Assembly (NCBI GenBank): GCA_018267875.1
Contig: JAFDXP010000075.1
Coordinates: forward strand, 16,566-80,565
Direction of reading: 5' to 3'
Length of the DNA stretch: 64,000 bases
DNA from: Bacteroidota bacterium
Lineage (GTDB): Bacteria > Bacteroidota > Bacteroidia > Chitinophagales > Chitinophagaceae
The stretch's first letter is position 1. Each line of letters opens with the position of its first letter. Positions 17,040 through 27,025 of this stretch are shown here, one piece after another. A program made the translations under genes and the position numbers. Below the pieces are notes generated by a model that saw only the letters and a program-made list of their open reading frames with translations, was not told the DNA's origin and ran no database searches.

Positions 17040-18209
17040 TCATTTCATCTCCTCATCGCTCAGCCAACTTTTGTAGTAGTCCTTTACATCTATTTTTAAG
17101 GCTTCTTCCGTTATCATCACAGACTCAAATGGATCAATCATTACAGCTATTTCTTGCGTTTCCTTTTTACCAATACTACGTTCGATAGCTCCGGGATGTG
17201 GCCCATGAGGGAGTCCGCCGGGGTGCATGGTTAGTTGGCCTTTCTCAATATTATTACGGCTCATGAAATCACCATCTACATAATAAAGAATTTCGTCGCT
17301 GTCTATATTACTATGATGATAGGGTGCCGGAATAGCTTGCGGATGATAGTCATACATTCTTGGCACGAATGAACACACAACAAAGCCCATATTTTCAAAG
17401 GTTTGATGAATAGGCGGCGGAAGGTGAATGCGCCCTGTAATAGGCTCGAAATTGAAAATAGAAAAAACGTAGGGATAATGATAGCCATCCCACCCGACAA
17501 CATCGAAGGGATGATAGATGTAGGTGTAGGGATATATCATTCCTTTCTTCTTGATCAGGATATCAAAATTACCTTTCTGGTCAAAGGTTTCTAAGTTTTG
17601 AGGTCGCTTCATATCTCTTTCACAAAAGGGGGAATGTTCAAGCATTTGTCCAAACTCATTTCTGTATCGCTTGGGAGTAAAAATGGGATGGAAGGCTTCT
17701 ATGAATAACAGTCGGTTATCGGGAGAATCAAATTCAATTTTGTAAACTGTGCCTCGAGGAATGATGATATAATCGCCATATTGAAACTTCAATTGTCCAT
17801 ACATAGTGTAAACAGTTCCACTTCCCTGATGTACAAACAGCATTTCATCAGCATCTGCATTTTTAAAAAAGTAGGGCGTACTTTTCATTGGTGCTGCTAA
17901 ACCAATATTCATGGAGCTATTGACAAAAAGCACTTTTCGGCTCTCTACATAATCTTCAGTTGCCGGAATATCAAAACCCTTAAAACTCATAGCATCCAAG
18001 CTTTCATGTAAGGCAATTTTTGGCTTTACGGAATAGGGTTTTTCTTTTTGTCTAACACAAGTTGGCGGGTGTAAATGATAGACTAATGAAGAAAGTGAGC
18101 TGAAACCTTGTGTACCAACCAGCTCTTCTTGATATATTTTTCCGTTTGGCTGACGAAATACAATGTGGCGTTTTTCGGGAATTGTTCCCAAAGAATGATA
18201 GAAAGGCAT
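17040..18209 (-). CDS. hmgA: homogentisate 1,2-dioxygenase
   Basis: 389 aa. MPFYHSLGTIPEKRHIVFRQPNG...QEELVGTQGFSS at the N-terminus and the cupin-type core (HHSNIDSDEILYYVDGDFMSR, MHPGGLPHGPHPG) match the short bacterial HmgA type. Confidence 0.85.
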   Translation of the reverse strand: MPFYHSLGTIPEKRHIVFRQPNGKIYQEELVGTQGFSSLSSLVYHLHPPTCVRQKEKPYSVKPKIALHESLDAMSFKGFDIPATEDYVESRKVLFVNSSMNIGLAAPMKSTPYFFKNADADEMLFVHQGSGTVYTMYGQLKFQYGDYIIIPRGTVYKIEFDSPDNRLLFIEAFHPIFTPKRYRNEFGQMLEHSPFCERDMKRPQNLETFDQKGNFDILIKKKGMIYPYTYIYHPFDVVGWDGYHYPYVFSIFNFEPITGRIHLPPPIHQTFENMGFVVCSFVPRMYDYHPQAIPAPYHHSNIDSDEILYYVDGDFMSRNNIEKGQLTMHPGGLPHGPHPGAIERSIGKKETQEIAVMIDPFESVMITEEALKIDVKDYYKSWLSDEEMK

Positions 18210-18364
18210 CTGTTATTTTTTTGAAACAATAGTAGTCTATTGCATACCCTTGTCGGGTGATTAATGTCAACGAAAAAAATGACAAGGCTCACCCAACATT
18301 AATCCGCATCTTCATTTGCCTAATGCAAAATAAAGATTGATGTAAGCCACAAAATCAACATCAG

Positions 18365-21300
18365 CTATTCGTCACTATTATTGGAGGATGTTAAACGATC
18401 TAAATGATAGGTTCGAGTAAAGTTGCACCATCTGCATTTCTCATCATTGCAACCTTGATCAAATTCATGGTTCATGATAGCGGCATATACATTTTGAATT
18501 TGCTGCGTAACGGTGGTAGTATCTGCATTTGTAATCGGAATTGTTTTTCTTACAAATTCGTTTTGATCATCCATTTCTAAGAAGTCAAAAACACCATAGG
18601 TCATTTTCCAGTTTCGCGCTGGAGGGTATTGCTGAAGCAACAAACTGTAAAACACCATTTGCCGCCAATAATCGCCGCCATTGGGATGTATTTCATTCGG
18701 TGGATAAAACTTTTTGACCGAATATGCCACATTCCCTGTCTTATAGTCAACCACCACACAATCTGACCCATCAAATTCAATTTTATCAATTTTACCTTTG
18801 ATAGGCACACCGGCAATTGCAGTTTCGGCAATATTATATTCTGTCAAAACAGCTTTAGAAAATTCGTTAAAATACCGATTATAGTAGGCTTTCAAAGCCT
18901 TATATCCGCGTTCCAAGGATCGCTCAAATTGTATAGTAGTAAATGAGCTTTCTTCTTTGTAGAGTTTATATTTAAAAAAAGCGCAAAAATCTTCCACAGA
19001 TGGAAATTCCTTGTTGGTATCAACCATCATTTTTTTAAAGAGTTGTTCTAATGCATAGTGCATGGCAATTCCAAAAGATAAAGCATCCGACTTGGCTTCA
19101 GGCACACGTAAAATATGATCGTAGTAAAATGATACCGGGCATCTTAAATATAGATTGAGTGTAGAAGCACTGAGTGCAAAATTTTCAAGCCTTTGCTCTA
19201 TCAATGACCGCTTGGGCATAATCAAGTTCATCGGTGGCTCGGATGCCAAAGTTTGGGCTATATATTGGGTGATATTTTCATCATTTAGTCCTAAATTTTC
19301 AAACTGACTTGTGTCCGCAATTTCCTGAATAAAAAGGCTTGCCTCAAGTGCTTTCCCTTTATTGTCATTTAAGGCATAAGAAACAGACAAGCTTGTTTTA
19401 GCTCTTGTCATAGCCACATAAAATAGTCTTCGAGCAACCTCTTCTTTATTCTGATCTTCTTTATCAGTTTGTAATGCTTTTGTGATGGTATCTGGCAATA
19501 TAAATTTTTTTCCAAAACTTGATTTTTTTTCCCAAATTTTGGAATTAGCACCTACTAAAAATACATGTTCAAATTCATGCCCCTTCGCACTATGGGCTGT
19601 ATAAAAACGAACACCATCTGTTTGTCGTACTACTTTCTGAATAGGGATTTCAAGGTTTTGTTCCTTCATCTGAACTATCATTTCTAAAAATGAGGAAAGC
19701 TTCAAGGAACGATGTTTTGTAGTTTCTTCTTTTACAAAATCAAATAGTGTTCGCAGCACTTGAATATCCCATACACTGCTTTCACCTTGAAGGACAGAAG
19801 CAGTCAATCCGCTATCATAACAAATAGCTTCTAGCAACATGGGCAATTTCAAAACACTGGATTGGCTAATCCAATTCTCAATCAATTTTCCCGCCTTATG
19901 TAATGCTTTTGGTGCAGATAAATCAAGCGTTTCCAGCAATAAAGCATCTAACAAAAGGTATCTCCAATATTTATGTTTTTTATCTTTTTTTTGCAAGTAA
20001 AAGCAAAGGGTTGCTAAGTCAATAGCCGGAATATCCCAAAACGGAGCATGCAATATTTGAAACAATAAACTTTCACTACTAAAGGGATTGGTGATTTCAT
20101 TTTGGATGTAAGTAAAAATAGCAAGAATCTGTTCCACTAAGGGCAATTCCAAAATGTTGACCGGTCGTTTAACCCAATATGGAATATTTTTTCTCTCGAG
20201 CGATGCTATGATGTTTGCAGCTTGTTTATGTTGGGCATACAGTACGGCAATATCACTGAGTTTTTCTCCTTGTTTGTATAATTCTTCAATGCGGCACACA
20301 ATATCAGCTTCTTCGTGTAAGGTGTTGTAATATGCGCGGATAAAGGGTTTTGGGAAATTGCCTGTTTGAAATCTTTCATTCGCTGAAACAATATTCTTAT
20401 CTAATTTCAGATCAGTCAGTTTGGTAATTAGTCTTTGTTGATTGTTTTCAATAGTAGCTAAAGAAGCATCTAGAATAAGCTGAGTAGAGCGGTAATTTTC
20501 TTTTAAAACAATGACTTTGATGGTTTCTTCATAGCGTTTATATAAGTCAACTATGTTTTGTAAACGAGCTCCTTGAAATTCAAAAATAGATTGATCGTCA
20601 TCGCCTACTACAAATAAATTAGGGCTGTCCCAATAATTTGCAAGCAACATCAACAAGTCGTTTTGGGATCCGCTTGTATCTTGAAATTCATCGGTAAGAA
20701 TATATTGAAATCGTTCTTGTTGTTGTTGTAAAAATTCAGGTTTTTCTTTAAAAGCACGCACTACCCAAAGTACCATATCATTAAAATCGTAGCGGCCGGA
20801 TTCTTGCATTTTTTTATCATATTCTGCAAAAAGTAGGGAGGCTGCTCGGGTTTGCTCCATTTGATCTGTTATCTTTTTTATACTAACGGTTTTGGGGTCG
20901 CCCTTTTTGAAATTTTTTCCGTTACGTTGATATTGAAATTGTGGTAAATCAGGAAGACTTTTTAGGTAAACATCTATTGCTATTTCTATCAGCTTGATAC
21001 TCCAGTTTTCCGACTTAATTAAATCGAACAATTTGATCAAAGGTTTTACATCGCTAAACAAACCTCCCTTTACCTTCCTTAATAAATGTCCTTCCGGCAA
21101 GGCTTTCAGAATATCATATACAAAATCAATTTTTTCTAAATCAGAAATAGATTCTAATTCTTGTTTTCCAAAATATTCGGCATTAGAAATAATAATGTTG
21201 TTACAAAATGCATGAAAAGTATAGATGTGTACGCGCATTGCATCAATACCAATGATTTGAAGTAGCCTGTTTCGCATGGCTACTGTTCCTTCGTCGGTGA

Positions 21301-21502
21301 AGGTGAGGCAAAGTATTTCGTAAGGCTTTACTTGGACATCACTACGCAGCAAGTTGGCAATGCGCATAGCAAGCACTTCTGTTTTTCCGGTACCCGGTCC
21401 GGCAATCACCATGACGGGACCATCAATGGTGTCAACTGCTTCTTTTTGTTGAGGGTTCAGTTTATTATATCGTGTCTGAAAAAGGCGTTCATTCTGTGTC
21501 AT
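18365..21502 (-). CDS. UvrD/AddA-like SF1 helicase fused to a C-terminal PD-(D/E)xK nuclease with a Cas4/AddB-like four-Cys motif
   Basis: 1045 aa.
- Helicase motifs: Walker A AGPGTGKT, motif II DEFQDT, VGDDDQSIFEFQGA, TAHSAKGHEFEHVFLVG, YVAMTRAK.
- C-terminal nuclease motifs: LRCPVSFYY...GKIDKIEF...VVDYKTG...CNDEKCRWCNF. Confidence 0.85.
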   Translation of the reverse strand: MTQNERLFQTRYNKLNPQQKEAVDTIDGPVMVIAGPGTGKTEVLAMRIANLLRSDVQVKPYEILCLTFTDEGTVAMRNRLLQIIGIDAMRVHIYTFHAFCNNIIISNAEYFGKQELESISDLEKIDFVYDILKALPEGHLLRKVKGGLFSDVKPLIKLFDLIKSENWSIKLIEIAIDVYLKSLPDLPQFQYQRNGKNFKKGDPKTVSIKKITDQMEQTRAASLLFAEYDKKMQESGRYDFNDMVLWVVRAFKEKPEFLQQQQERFQYILTDEFQDTSGSQNDLLMLLANYWDSPNLFVVGDDDQSIFEFQGARLQNIVDLYKRYEETIKVIVLKENYRSTQLILDASLATIENNQQRLITKLTDLKLDKNIVSANERFQTGNFPKPFIRAYYNTLHEEADIVCRIEELYKQGEKLSDIAVLYAQHKQAANIIASLERKNIPYWVKRPVNILELPLVEQILAIFTYIQNEITNPFSSESLLFQILHAPFWDIPAIDLATLCFYLQKKDKKHKYWRYLLLDALLLETLDLSAPKALHKAGKLIENWISQSSVLKLPMLLEAICYDSGLTASVLQGESSVWDIQVLRTLFDFVKEETTKHRSLKLSSFLEMIVQMKEQNLEIPIQKVVRQTDGVRFYTAHSAKGHEFEHVFLVGANSKIWEKKSSFGKKFILPDTITKALQTDKEDQNKEEVARRLFYVAMTRAKTSLSVSYALNDNKGKALEASLFIQEIADTSQFENLGLNDENITQYIAQTLASEPPMNLIMPKRSLIEQRLENFALSASTLNLYLRCPVSFYYDHILRVPEAKSDALSFGIAMHYALEQLFKKMMVDTNKEFPSVEDFCAFFKYKLYKEESSFTTIQFERSLERGYKALKAYYNRYFNEFSKAVLTEYNIAETAIAGVPIKGKIDKIEFDGSDCVVVDYKTGNVAYSVKKFYPPNEIHPNGGDYWRQMVFYSLLLQQYPPARNWKMTYGVFDFLEMDDQNEFVRKTIPITNADTTTVTQQIQNVYAAIMNHEFDQGCNDEKCRWCNFTRTYHLDRLTSSNNSDE

Positions 21503-21555
21503 ACAATATTGGATGGAAGAACGCTAAAGTTAAGGAGCTTTTTTATGGATGTTCC

Positions 21556-22335
21556 TCAACTATTTTCCATACCCATTTTCACTTTGAGTTTAAAGAGCCA
21601 TTTCCCGAATCTGCTTTCTAATAGGTAGTACAAGAACGTTTGGCGAATAGCCCAAACTCGCTGTGGTAAAGAGTTTCCGAAATATTTTCTATATGCTGCA
21701 TAGCTTTCGTACATAGCATCCAGATATTTTTCTGAGCTAATACCGTGTGGGTCAAAACGAACTAAGGGATATTCAATAAACCCATTTTTTTCATTAGCAA
21801 TTCGACATAAAAAATCATAGTCCATCGCCATTTTCAATGTCAAATCAAACAAGCCATGTTTTTGATATAAACTTCGCTTTACAAACATGGTAGGGTGCAG
21901 AGTTCCCCTCATTCCTCTATATAGTTTGCTTTTGTCAAAAGGCTTACCGATGCCCACCCACAAGCCGCCCCGCAACATGTGCAGTTTTCCATGGCACCAC
22001 ATTAATGAATCATCCTGGTGAAAAAAATCAATAACCTTTTCTAATACGGTTTTGTCAAATAAAGTATCGCCGCTATTCAACAACTGAGTTATTGTTCCCG
22101 TGCTTTGTTCAATTCCTTTATTAAAGGCATCTGCAATACCGTGATCCCGCTCACAAATCCATTTCCTATAATTGGGTTGTGCATGAGACTCTAACCATGT
22201 CTTTATTTCCTGATTACTCGACCCGTCAACAATCCAATGTTCAGTTGGCAATTTTGTCTGCATGTCAACACTGGCGCAAGTCTCTTTTAATTCGCCAAGG
22301 TTGTTGAAGCAAATAGTAATGACTGAAAGGGTCAT
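21556..22335 (-). CDS. family 2 glycosyltransferase
   Basis: MTLSVITICFNNLGELKETCASV...WIVDGSSN...LNSGD are GT2 signatures. The ATG at 22335 forms an ATGA overlap with the stop of the upstream FkbM gene. Confidence 0.8.
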   Translation of the reverse strand: MTLSVITICFNNLGELKETCASVDMQTKLPTEHWIVDGSSNQEIKTWLESHAQPNYRKWICERDHGIADAFNKGIEQSTGTITQLLNSGDTLFDKTVLEKVIDFFHQDDSLMWCHGKLHMLRGGLWVGIGKPFDKSKLYRGMRGTLHPTMFVKRSLYQKHGLFDLTLKMAMDYDFLCRIANEKNGFIEYPLVRFDPHGISSEKYLDAMYESYAAYRKYFGNSLPQRVWAIRQTFLYYLLESRFGKWLFKLKVKMGMENS

Positions 22336-23075
22336 GATTGAAAAATGCTGTTGCACAATTCATTCTTTACAAAAATGGCATCGCCATACAATGGCGCACC
22401 GGTTATTTTTGATAACGATTGATCAGCAAAACCAATAAAACGGAAGCCGGCTTGGATAAAATAATTATACACATCTCCAAATAGCCATTGCCCTTCATAA
22501 AGTGGGGCAAATGAAGTTTCGCAGATAATGGCAGACGCTTGTGCAATCACCTTTCTGCCTCCTGCCAACACTTTCTCTTCATATCCCTGCACATCAATTT
22601 TTATCAATATTCCCGACTCTAACTGTTTACCTTCAAACACATCATCAAGCCTACGAAGTGTAATCCGTTCTTGTTTTGTGTATGCAGATTCAGGATATAG
22701 TCGTTTGTGCAAATCTTTCATGCCTAAAATGGACGAGCTTACCAAATTATCGCTTACGTTAATGACCGATTCGCCGTTCATATCACTGAGTCCGCAATGA
22801 TGAGCGGTTACATTCATTCCCTTTGTGTTGGCTAAAAGGTTCTGATAGCAAGAAGCGATGGGCTCAAAAGCATAGATTTTTTTTCCGGGTAAGGTTTTGT
22901 TAATAGTATGGATAAACTGTCCTTCATTAGAGCCAATATCAAGGATCGTTTGGATATTCAGTTTGTGTAACCAATTTCCTACTTTTACCGTTGTCAGGCT
23001 GTCTTGCAGTTTTACAATTTCGTAACCAAATCCATTTAGAAATTTTCGGATTGGCAGCGTAACCATTTTTAGCAT
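22332..23075 (-). CDS. FkbM-family SAM-dependent methyltransferase
   Basis: ILDIGSNEGQFI is the SAM motif I, and the length and layout are FkbM-like. The track start at 23096 is TTG; ATG candidates lie at 23075 and 23066. Confidence 0.75.
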   Translation of the reverse strand: MLKMVTLPIRKFLNGFGYEIVKLQDSLTTVKVGNWLHKLNIQTILDIGSNEGQFIHTINKTLPGKKIYAFEPIASCYQNLLANTKGMNVTAHHCGLSDMNGESVINVSDNLVSSSILGMKDLHKRLYPESAYTKQERITLRRLDDVFEGKQLESGILIKIDVQGYEEKVLAGGRKVIAQASAIICETSFAPLYEGQWLFGDVYNYFIQAGFRFIGFADQSLSKITGAPLYGDAIFVKNELCNSIFQS

Positions 23076-23152
23076 TCGTGGCGCGTTAAGCCGCAAATCT
23101 AACTAAGAAAATATAGCTACAAAACACAAACCTTAGAATATACCGACCTTAG

Positions 23153-24019
23153 ATGAATGCTGAATTTCCACGCATTACCGTTGTAACGCCTTCCTACAAC
23201 CAAGCTGAATTTTTAGAGCAAACTATCCTTTCCGTGCTGGGGCAGCAATATCCCAACCTGGAATATATCGTAATGGATGGTGGCAGCAAGGATGGCAGTG
23301 TGGACATTATCAAGAAATATGAAAGTCAGATAAGTTTTTGGCGAAGCCAACCTGATGGCGGACAAGCACAAGCAATCAACGATGGTTTTGCACAAGCAAC
23401 CGGAGATATTCTCTGCTGGCTCAATTCAGACGATATGTTTATACCGGGTGTCTTACACAAAATAGCTCAATTTTTCTCCAATCCTTCTGAACCTTTAATT
23501 GTGTTTGGAAATTGTATTCATTTTCATGAGGGAAACACCAAACTTCGCGGGAGTAATGTGGTGAAACGTGCCGTAGATCTTGATTTGAGCCTATGTGACT
23601 ATATCATTCAACCTTCATCGTTTTGGAGCAAAGCAGTGTGGAATCAGATAGGCCCCTTAGATGCAAGCCTTCACTTCACTTTTGACTGGGATTGGTTTAT
23701 AAAGGTCGAAAAAGCCGGAATTCGTTTTCAAACTATTGCAGCCTATCTTTCGCTCTATCGCATTCATGATAGCCACAAAAGCGGTACCGGTGGCGACAAG
23801 CGCGCACATGAATTAGGTGCTATCTACCTAAAAAACCACGGTACACAAACAGAAAAAGCCTTTCTAAAATGGCATCGCATAGCAACCCAAAAGCCTTTGT
23901 TGCAAAAAATCATCTACAACTTCGACCATAAAAAAATTCACTTTCTCAGTCACATAGTTCATCTTACTTTATTCAAGTCAATTTCTTTTCGCACTTATCA
24001 GCACATTATTAAAATGTAG
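23153..24019 (+). CDS. family 2 glycosyltransferase
   Basis: ITVVTPSYNQAEFLEQTILSVLGQQYPNLEYIVMDGGSKDGS and WLNSDD are typical of the GT2 subgroup found in polysaccharide loci. Confidence 0.8.
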   Translation: MNAEFPRITVVTPSYNQAEFLEQTILSVLGQQYPNLEYIVMDGGSKDGSVDIIKKYESQISFWRSQPDGGQAQAINDGFAQATGDILCWLNSDDMFIPGVLHKIAQFFSNPSEPLIVFGNCIHFHEGNTKLRGSNVVKRAVDLDLSLCDYIIQPSSFWSKAVWNQIGPLDASLHFTFDWDWFIKVEKAGIRFQTIAAYLSLYRIHDSHKSGTGGDKRAHELGAIYLKNHGTQTEKAFLKWHRIATQKPLLQKIIYNFDHKKIHFLSHIVHLTLFKSISFRTYQHIIKM

Positions 24020-24173
24020 TTGATGGATGTTTTTAATTGAATAAAAATCAAGGTGAATTGCATAGAAAAAGTATATTCATCCCAAATGTTTACAATGCCT
24101 TTAAAACTAATGCCGGACATAGTTTTCGAGGGTTTGTCCAATTATTTTGTCCATTCACTGCTAAAAGCTAAAA

Positions 24174-25541
24174 ATGAATATTGAAGGCATTATAGAAAAG
24201 CAAAAAGACTTCTTTCATTCAAACCAAACTAAAGACATTAGATATAGAACCCAGCAATTAAAAAAGCTCCGACAGCTATTGAAAGAAAATGAAGTGAAGC
24301 TTTATCAAGCTATCTATACCGATTTTGGAAAATCAATGTTTGATACGTTTATGACTGAGCTTTCATTAGTCTATCATGAAATAAACGAAGCCATAAAAAA
24401 CTTAAAAAAATGGAGCAAACCTAAAAGAGCAGCATCAGGGCTCTTTCTTTTTCCAGGCAAGAGCTATATCATACCCGAGCCATTAGGAACTACTTTAATA
24501 ATTGGCGCGTGGAATTATCCCTTTCAGCTCACCCTTATTCCTGCAATAAGTGCCTTGGCTGCTGGCAACACCGTTTTACTGAAGCCGAGTGAAATTGCCA
24601 TTGATTCTTCTAAAATTCTGTCCCATATCATAAACTTGAATTTTCCGAGTGAATATTTTTATGTGGTTGAAGGCGGTGTAGAAGAAACAACAACACTCTT
24701 AAACTACCGATTTGATAAAATTTTTTTTACGGGTAGTAGTCAAGTGGGCAAAATAATTTATGAAGCTGCAGCCAAACATCTAACTCCGGTAACGCTGGAA
24801 TTAGGTGGCAAAAGCCCCACTTTTGTTTTTGCCGATACGGATATCAAAATGACTGCTAAACGCCTTGTATGGGCAAAATTTTTGAATGCAGGGCAAACTT
24901 GTGTGGCACCTGACTATGTATTAGTAGAAAGCTCGATAGAGCAATCGTTTTTACAGGCTATGAAGCATGAACTTGAAATGCGCTTCAAAGCAAATGCACT
25001 TACTGAAAACTACACTCGGATCATAAACACAAGAAATTTTGATCGTCTGTTAAACCTTATTGACCAAAGTCAAATTTTTACCGGAGGCATTACTAATAGA
25101 GATGAAAGGTATATCAGCCCTACGATTTTACACCGTGTTTCCTTTTCGGATAACATCATGAAAAATGAAATTTTCGGACCGCTTCTACCAGTTATTCCCT
25201 TTACAAATCTTGATGATACTATTGCAAAAGTAAAAGCAAAACCTAAGCCGTTAGCCTGCTATATTTTTTCAAAAGACAGAAAGAAAATAATTCAAATTTT
25301 GACTGAAATTTCTTTTGGAGGGGGTTCTGTAAATGATAGTGTTATGCACCTTGCAAATACTAAACTTCCTTTTGGTGGAGTCGGCATGAGCGGGATTGGC
25401 AGTTATCATGGGCAGGCAGGATTTAATTCCTTTTCTCACCATAAAAGCATTTATGAAAAACCCTTTTGGTTTGAACTCAAACTTAAATACGCACCCTACA
25501 CGAAACGAAAGTTGAGCCTAATGAAATGGCTGTTAAAATAA
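24174..25541 (+). CDS. NAD(P)-dependent aldehyde dehydrogenase, class 3 (ALDH3-like)
   Basis: 455 aa. ELGGKSP (catalytic Glu), NAGQTCVAPDY (catalytic Cys), FTGSSQVGK and EIFGP are the standard ALDH motifs. Confidence 0.9.
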   Translation: MNIEGIIEKQKDFFHSNQTKDIRYRTQQLKKLRQLLKENEVKLYQAIYTDFGKSMFDTFMTELSLVYHEINEAIKNLKKWSKPKRAASGLFLFPGKSYIIPEPLGTTLIIGAWNYPFQLTLIPAISALAAGNTVLLKPSEIAIDSSKILSHIINLNFPSEYFYVVEGGVEETTTLLNYRFDKIFFTGSSQVGKIIYEAAAKHLTPVTLELGGKSPTFVFADTDIKMTAKRLVWAKFLNAGQTCVAPDYVLVESSIEQSFLQAMKHELEMRFKANALTENYTRIINTRNFDRLLNLIDQSQIFTGGITNRDERYISPTILHRVSFSDNIMKNEIFGPLLPVIPFTNLDDTIAKVKAKPKPLACYIFSKDRKKIIQILTEISFGGGSVNDSVMHLANTKLPFGGVGMSGIGSYHGQAGFNSFSHHKSIYEKPFWFELKLKYAPYTKRKLSLMKWLLK

Positions 25542-25627
25542 ATGATTCGCCTAAATGAAATTCTGCGAATGAAACAAGCACGATTATGATACTTTCTTAA
25601 CGACAAAAGATTGTGCAGTACAAATAA

Positions 25628-25662
25628 AAACACCTGTTCAGCAATAATCCAAACAGGTGTTT
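25628..25662. terminator. bidirectional rho-independent terminator between convergent ALDH and gcvT
   Basis: 11-bp stem, AAACACCTGTT (25628-25638) / AACAGGTGTTT (25652-25662). A-rich sequence (ATAAAAA) lies upstream and T-rich sequence downstream, so the hairpin has a U-tract in both orientations. Confidence 0.65.
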
Positions 25663-25710
25663 GTTTAAAATAATTGGAAACGATAATTGTTGATAGCTTT
25701 GCAAATTAGC

Positions 25711-26796
25711 TTATGCAAAAGGGAGCTTTGCAATACGAGCTTTCACTTGTTTATCACGAATAATGATGAATATTTCATTGCCTTCCAAAGCTAAATCTTT
25801 ACGTACATAAGCCATTCCAATTGCCTTGTTGAGGCTGGGTGCTTGCGTGCCGGATGTAACATAACCAATTTCTTCGCCATTAGCATTTTGAATTTTATAG
25901 CCATGACGAGGAATACCTTTATCAATCATTTCGATGCCGACCAGCTTTCGGCTAACTCCTTCAGATTTTTGTTTTTCAAGAATTTCTTTAGCAGTAAAGT
26001 CTTTAGTGAATTTGGTAATCCAACCTAAACCTGCTTCTAATGGTGAGGTTGTATCATCTATATCATTTCCATACAGACAAAATCCCATTTCCAAACGAAG
26101 GGTATCGCGTGCACCCAATCCTATAGGTTTTACGCCATTGGGAGTGCCCACTCGAAAGATTTCATTCCAAATTTTTTCTGCATGATCATCCTTATCTTCA
26201 AAATATATTTCTACGCCACCAGATCCGGTATAGCCGGTTGCACTCACCACTACATCAAGCACGCCGGCAAAAGTTCCTTTCACAAACGTGTAGTATTTCA
26301 AATTAGTAATGTCCATCTCTGTAAGCTGTTGCATATACTCCACAGCTTTAGGTCCTTGCACAGCTAAGAGTCCAATATGGTCAGAAATGTTTTCCATATA
26401 CACGCTATCTGTATTTCGCTCACTTATCCAGTTCCAGTCTTTTTCAATGTTAGAAGCGTTTACAACTAACATATACTCATCATTTTCCTGAAGGCAATAA
26501 ATAATGAGATCATCCACTATTCCGCCATTTTCATTAGGCAAACAAGAATATTGAGCCTTTCCTGCTACTAATTTAGAAGCATCATTGCTACAAACACGCT
26601 GAATCAGATCTAATGCTTTCGGTCCTTTCAGAAAAAACTCACCCATGTGGCTCACATCGAACACGCCTGCATTTTGGCGAACCGTTTGGTGTTCTTCATT
26701 GATGCCACTATAAGAAATTGGCATATTATAGCCTGCAAATGAAGCCATTTTGGCTCCCAAAGCTATGTGCTGTTGTGTGAATGGAGTGTTTTTCAT
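25711..26796 (-). CDS. gcvT: glycine cleavage system aminomethyltransferase (T protein)
   Basis: [29 protein letters not shown]...[16 protein letters not shown]...[11 protein letters not shown]...[11 protein letters not shown] are canonical GcvT motifs. Confidence 0.92.
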   Translation of the reverse strand: MKNTPFTQQHIALGAKMASFAGYNMPISYSGINEEHQTVRQNAGVFDVSHMGEFFLKGPKALDLIQRVCSNDASKLVAGKAQYSCLPNENGGIVDDLIIYCLQENDEYMLVVNASNIEKDWNWISERNTDSVYMENISDHIGLLAVQGPKAVEYMQQLTEMDITNLKYYTFVKGTFAGVLDVVVSATGYTGSGGVEIYFEDKDDHAEKIWNEIFRVGTPNGVKPIGLGARDTLRLEMGFCLYGNDIDDTTSPLEAGLGWITKFTKDFTAKEILEKQKSEGVSRKLVGIEMIDKGIPRHGYKIQNANGEEIGYVTSGTQAPSLNKAIGMAYVRKDLALEGNEIFIIIRDKQVKARIAKLPFA

Positions 26797-27025
26797 CGCA
26801 CGCAAAATTAAGCAGTTAGTGTAAATTAAAGAATGATTGTTTACATCTCCTTCCTCTATTGCAGAACATCGAAATTAAATGTCCCAATTCTTCACATTAT
26901 GCTTTGTGTTTTGCTATTGATTCCTTTTTGTTCATTTCTTTTAAAACAAACTATTAGCCAATTTATCTACGTCTAAATGTTTAGATAAAGTTTTGCTTAC
27001 TTTTAATGTCAAGAGGAATTGTCGT

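Noticed and set aside
26806-26992. Possible glycine riboswitch upstream of gcvT
   Set aside because: Reading the minus strand, I could not find the conserved glycine-aptamer cores (GGAGAG...CACCG...CTCTGGAGAG-type elements). The leader is AT-rich and unstructured.
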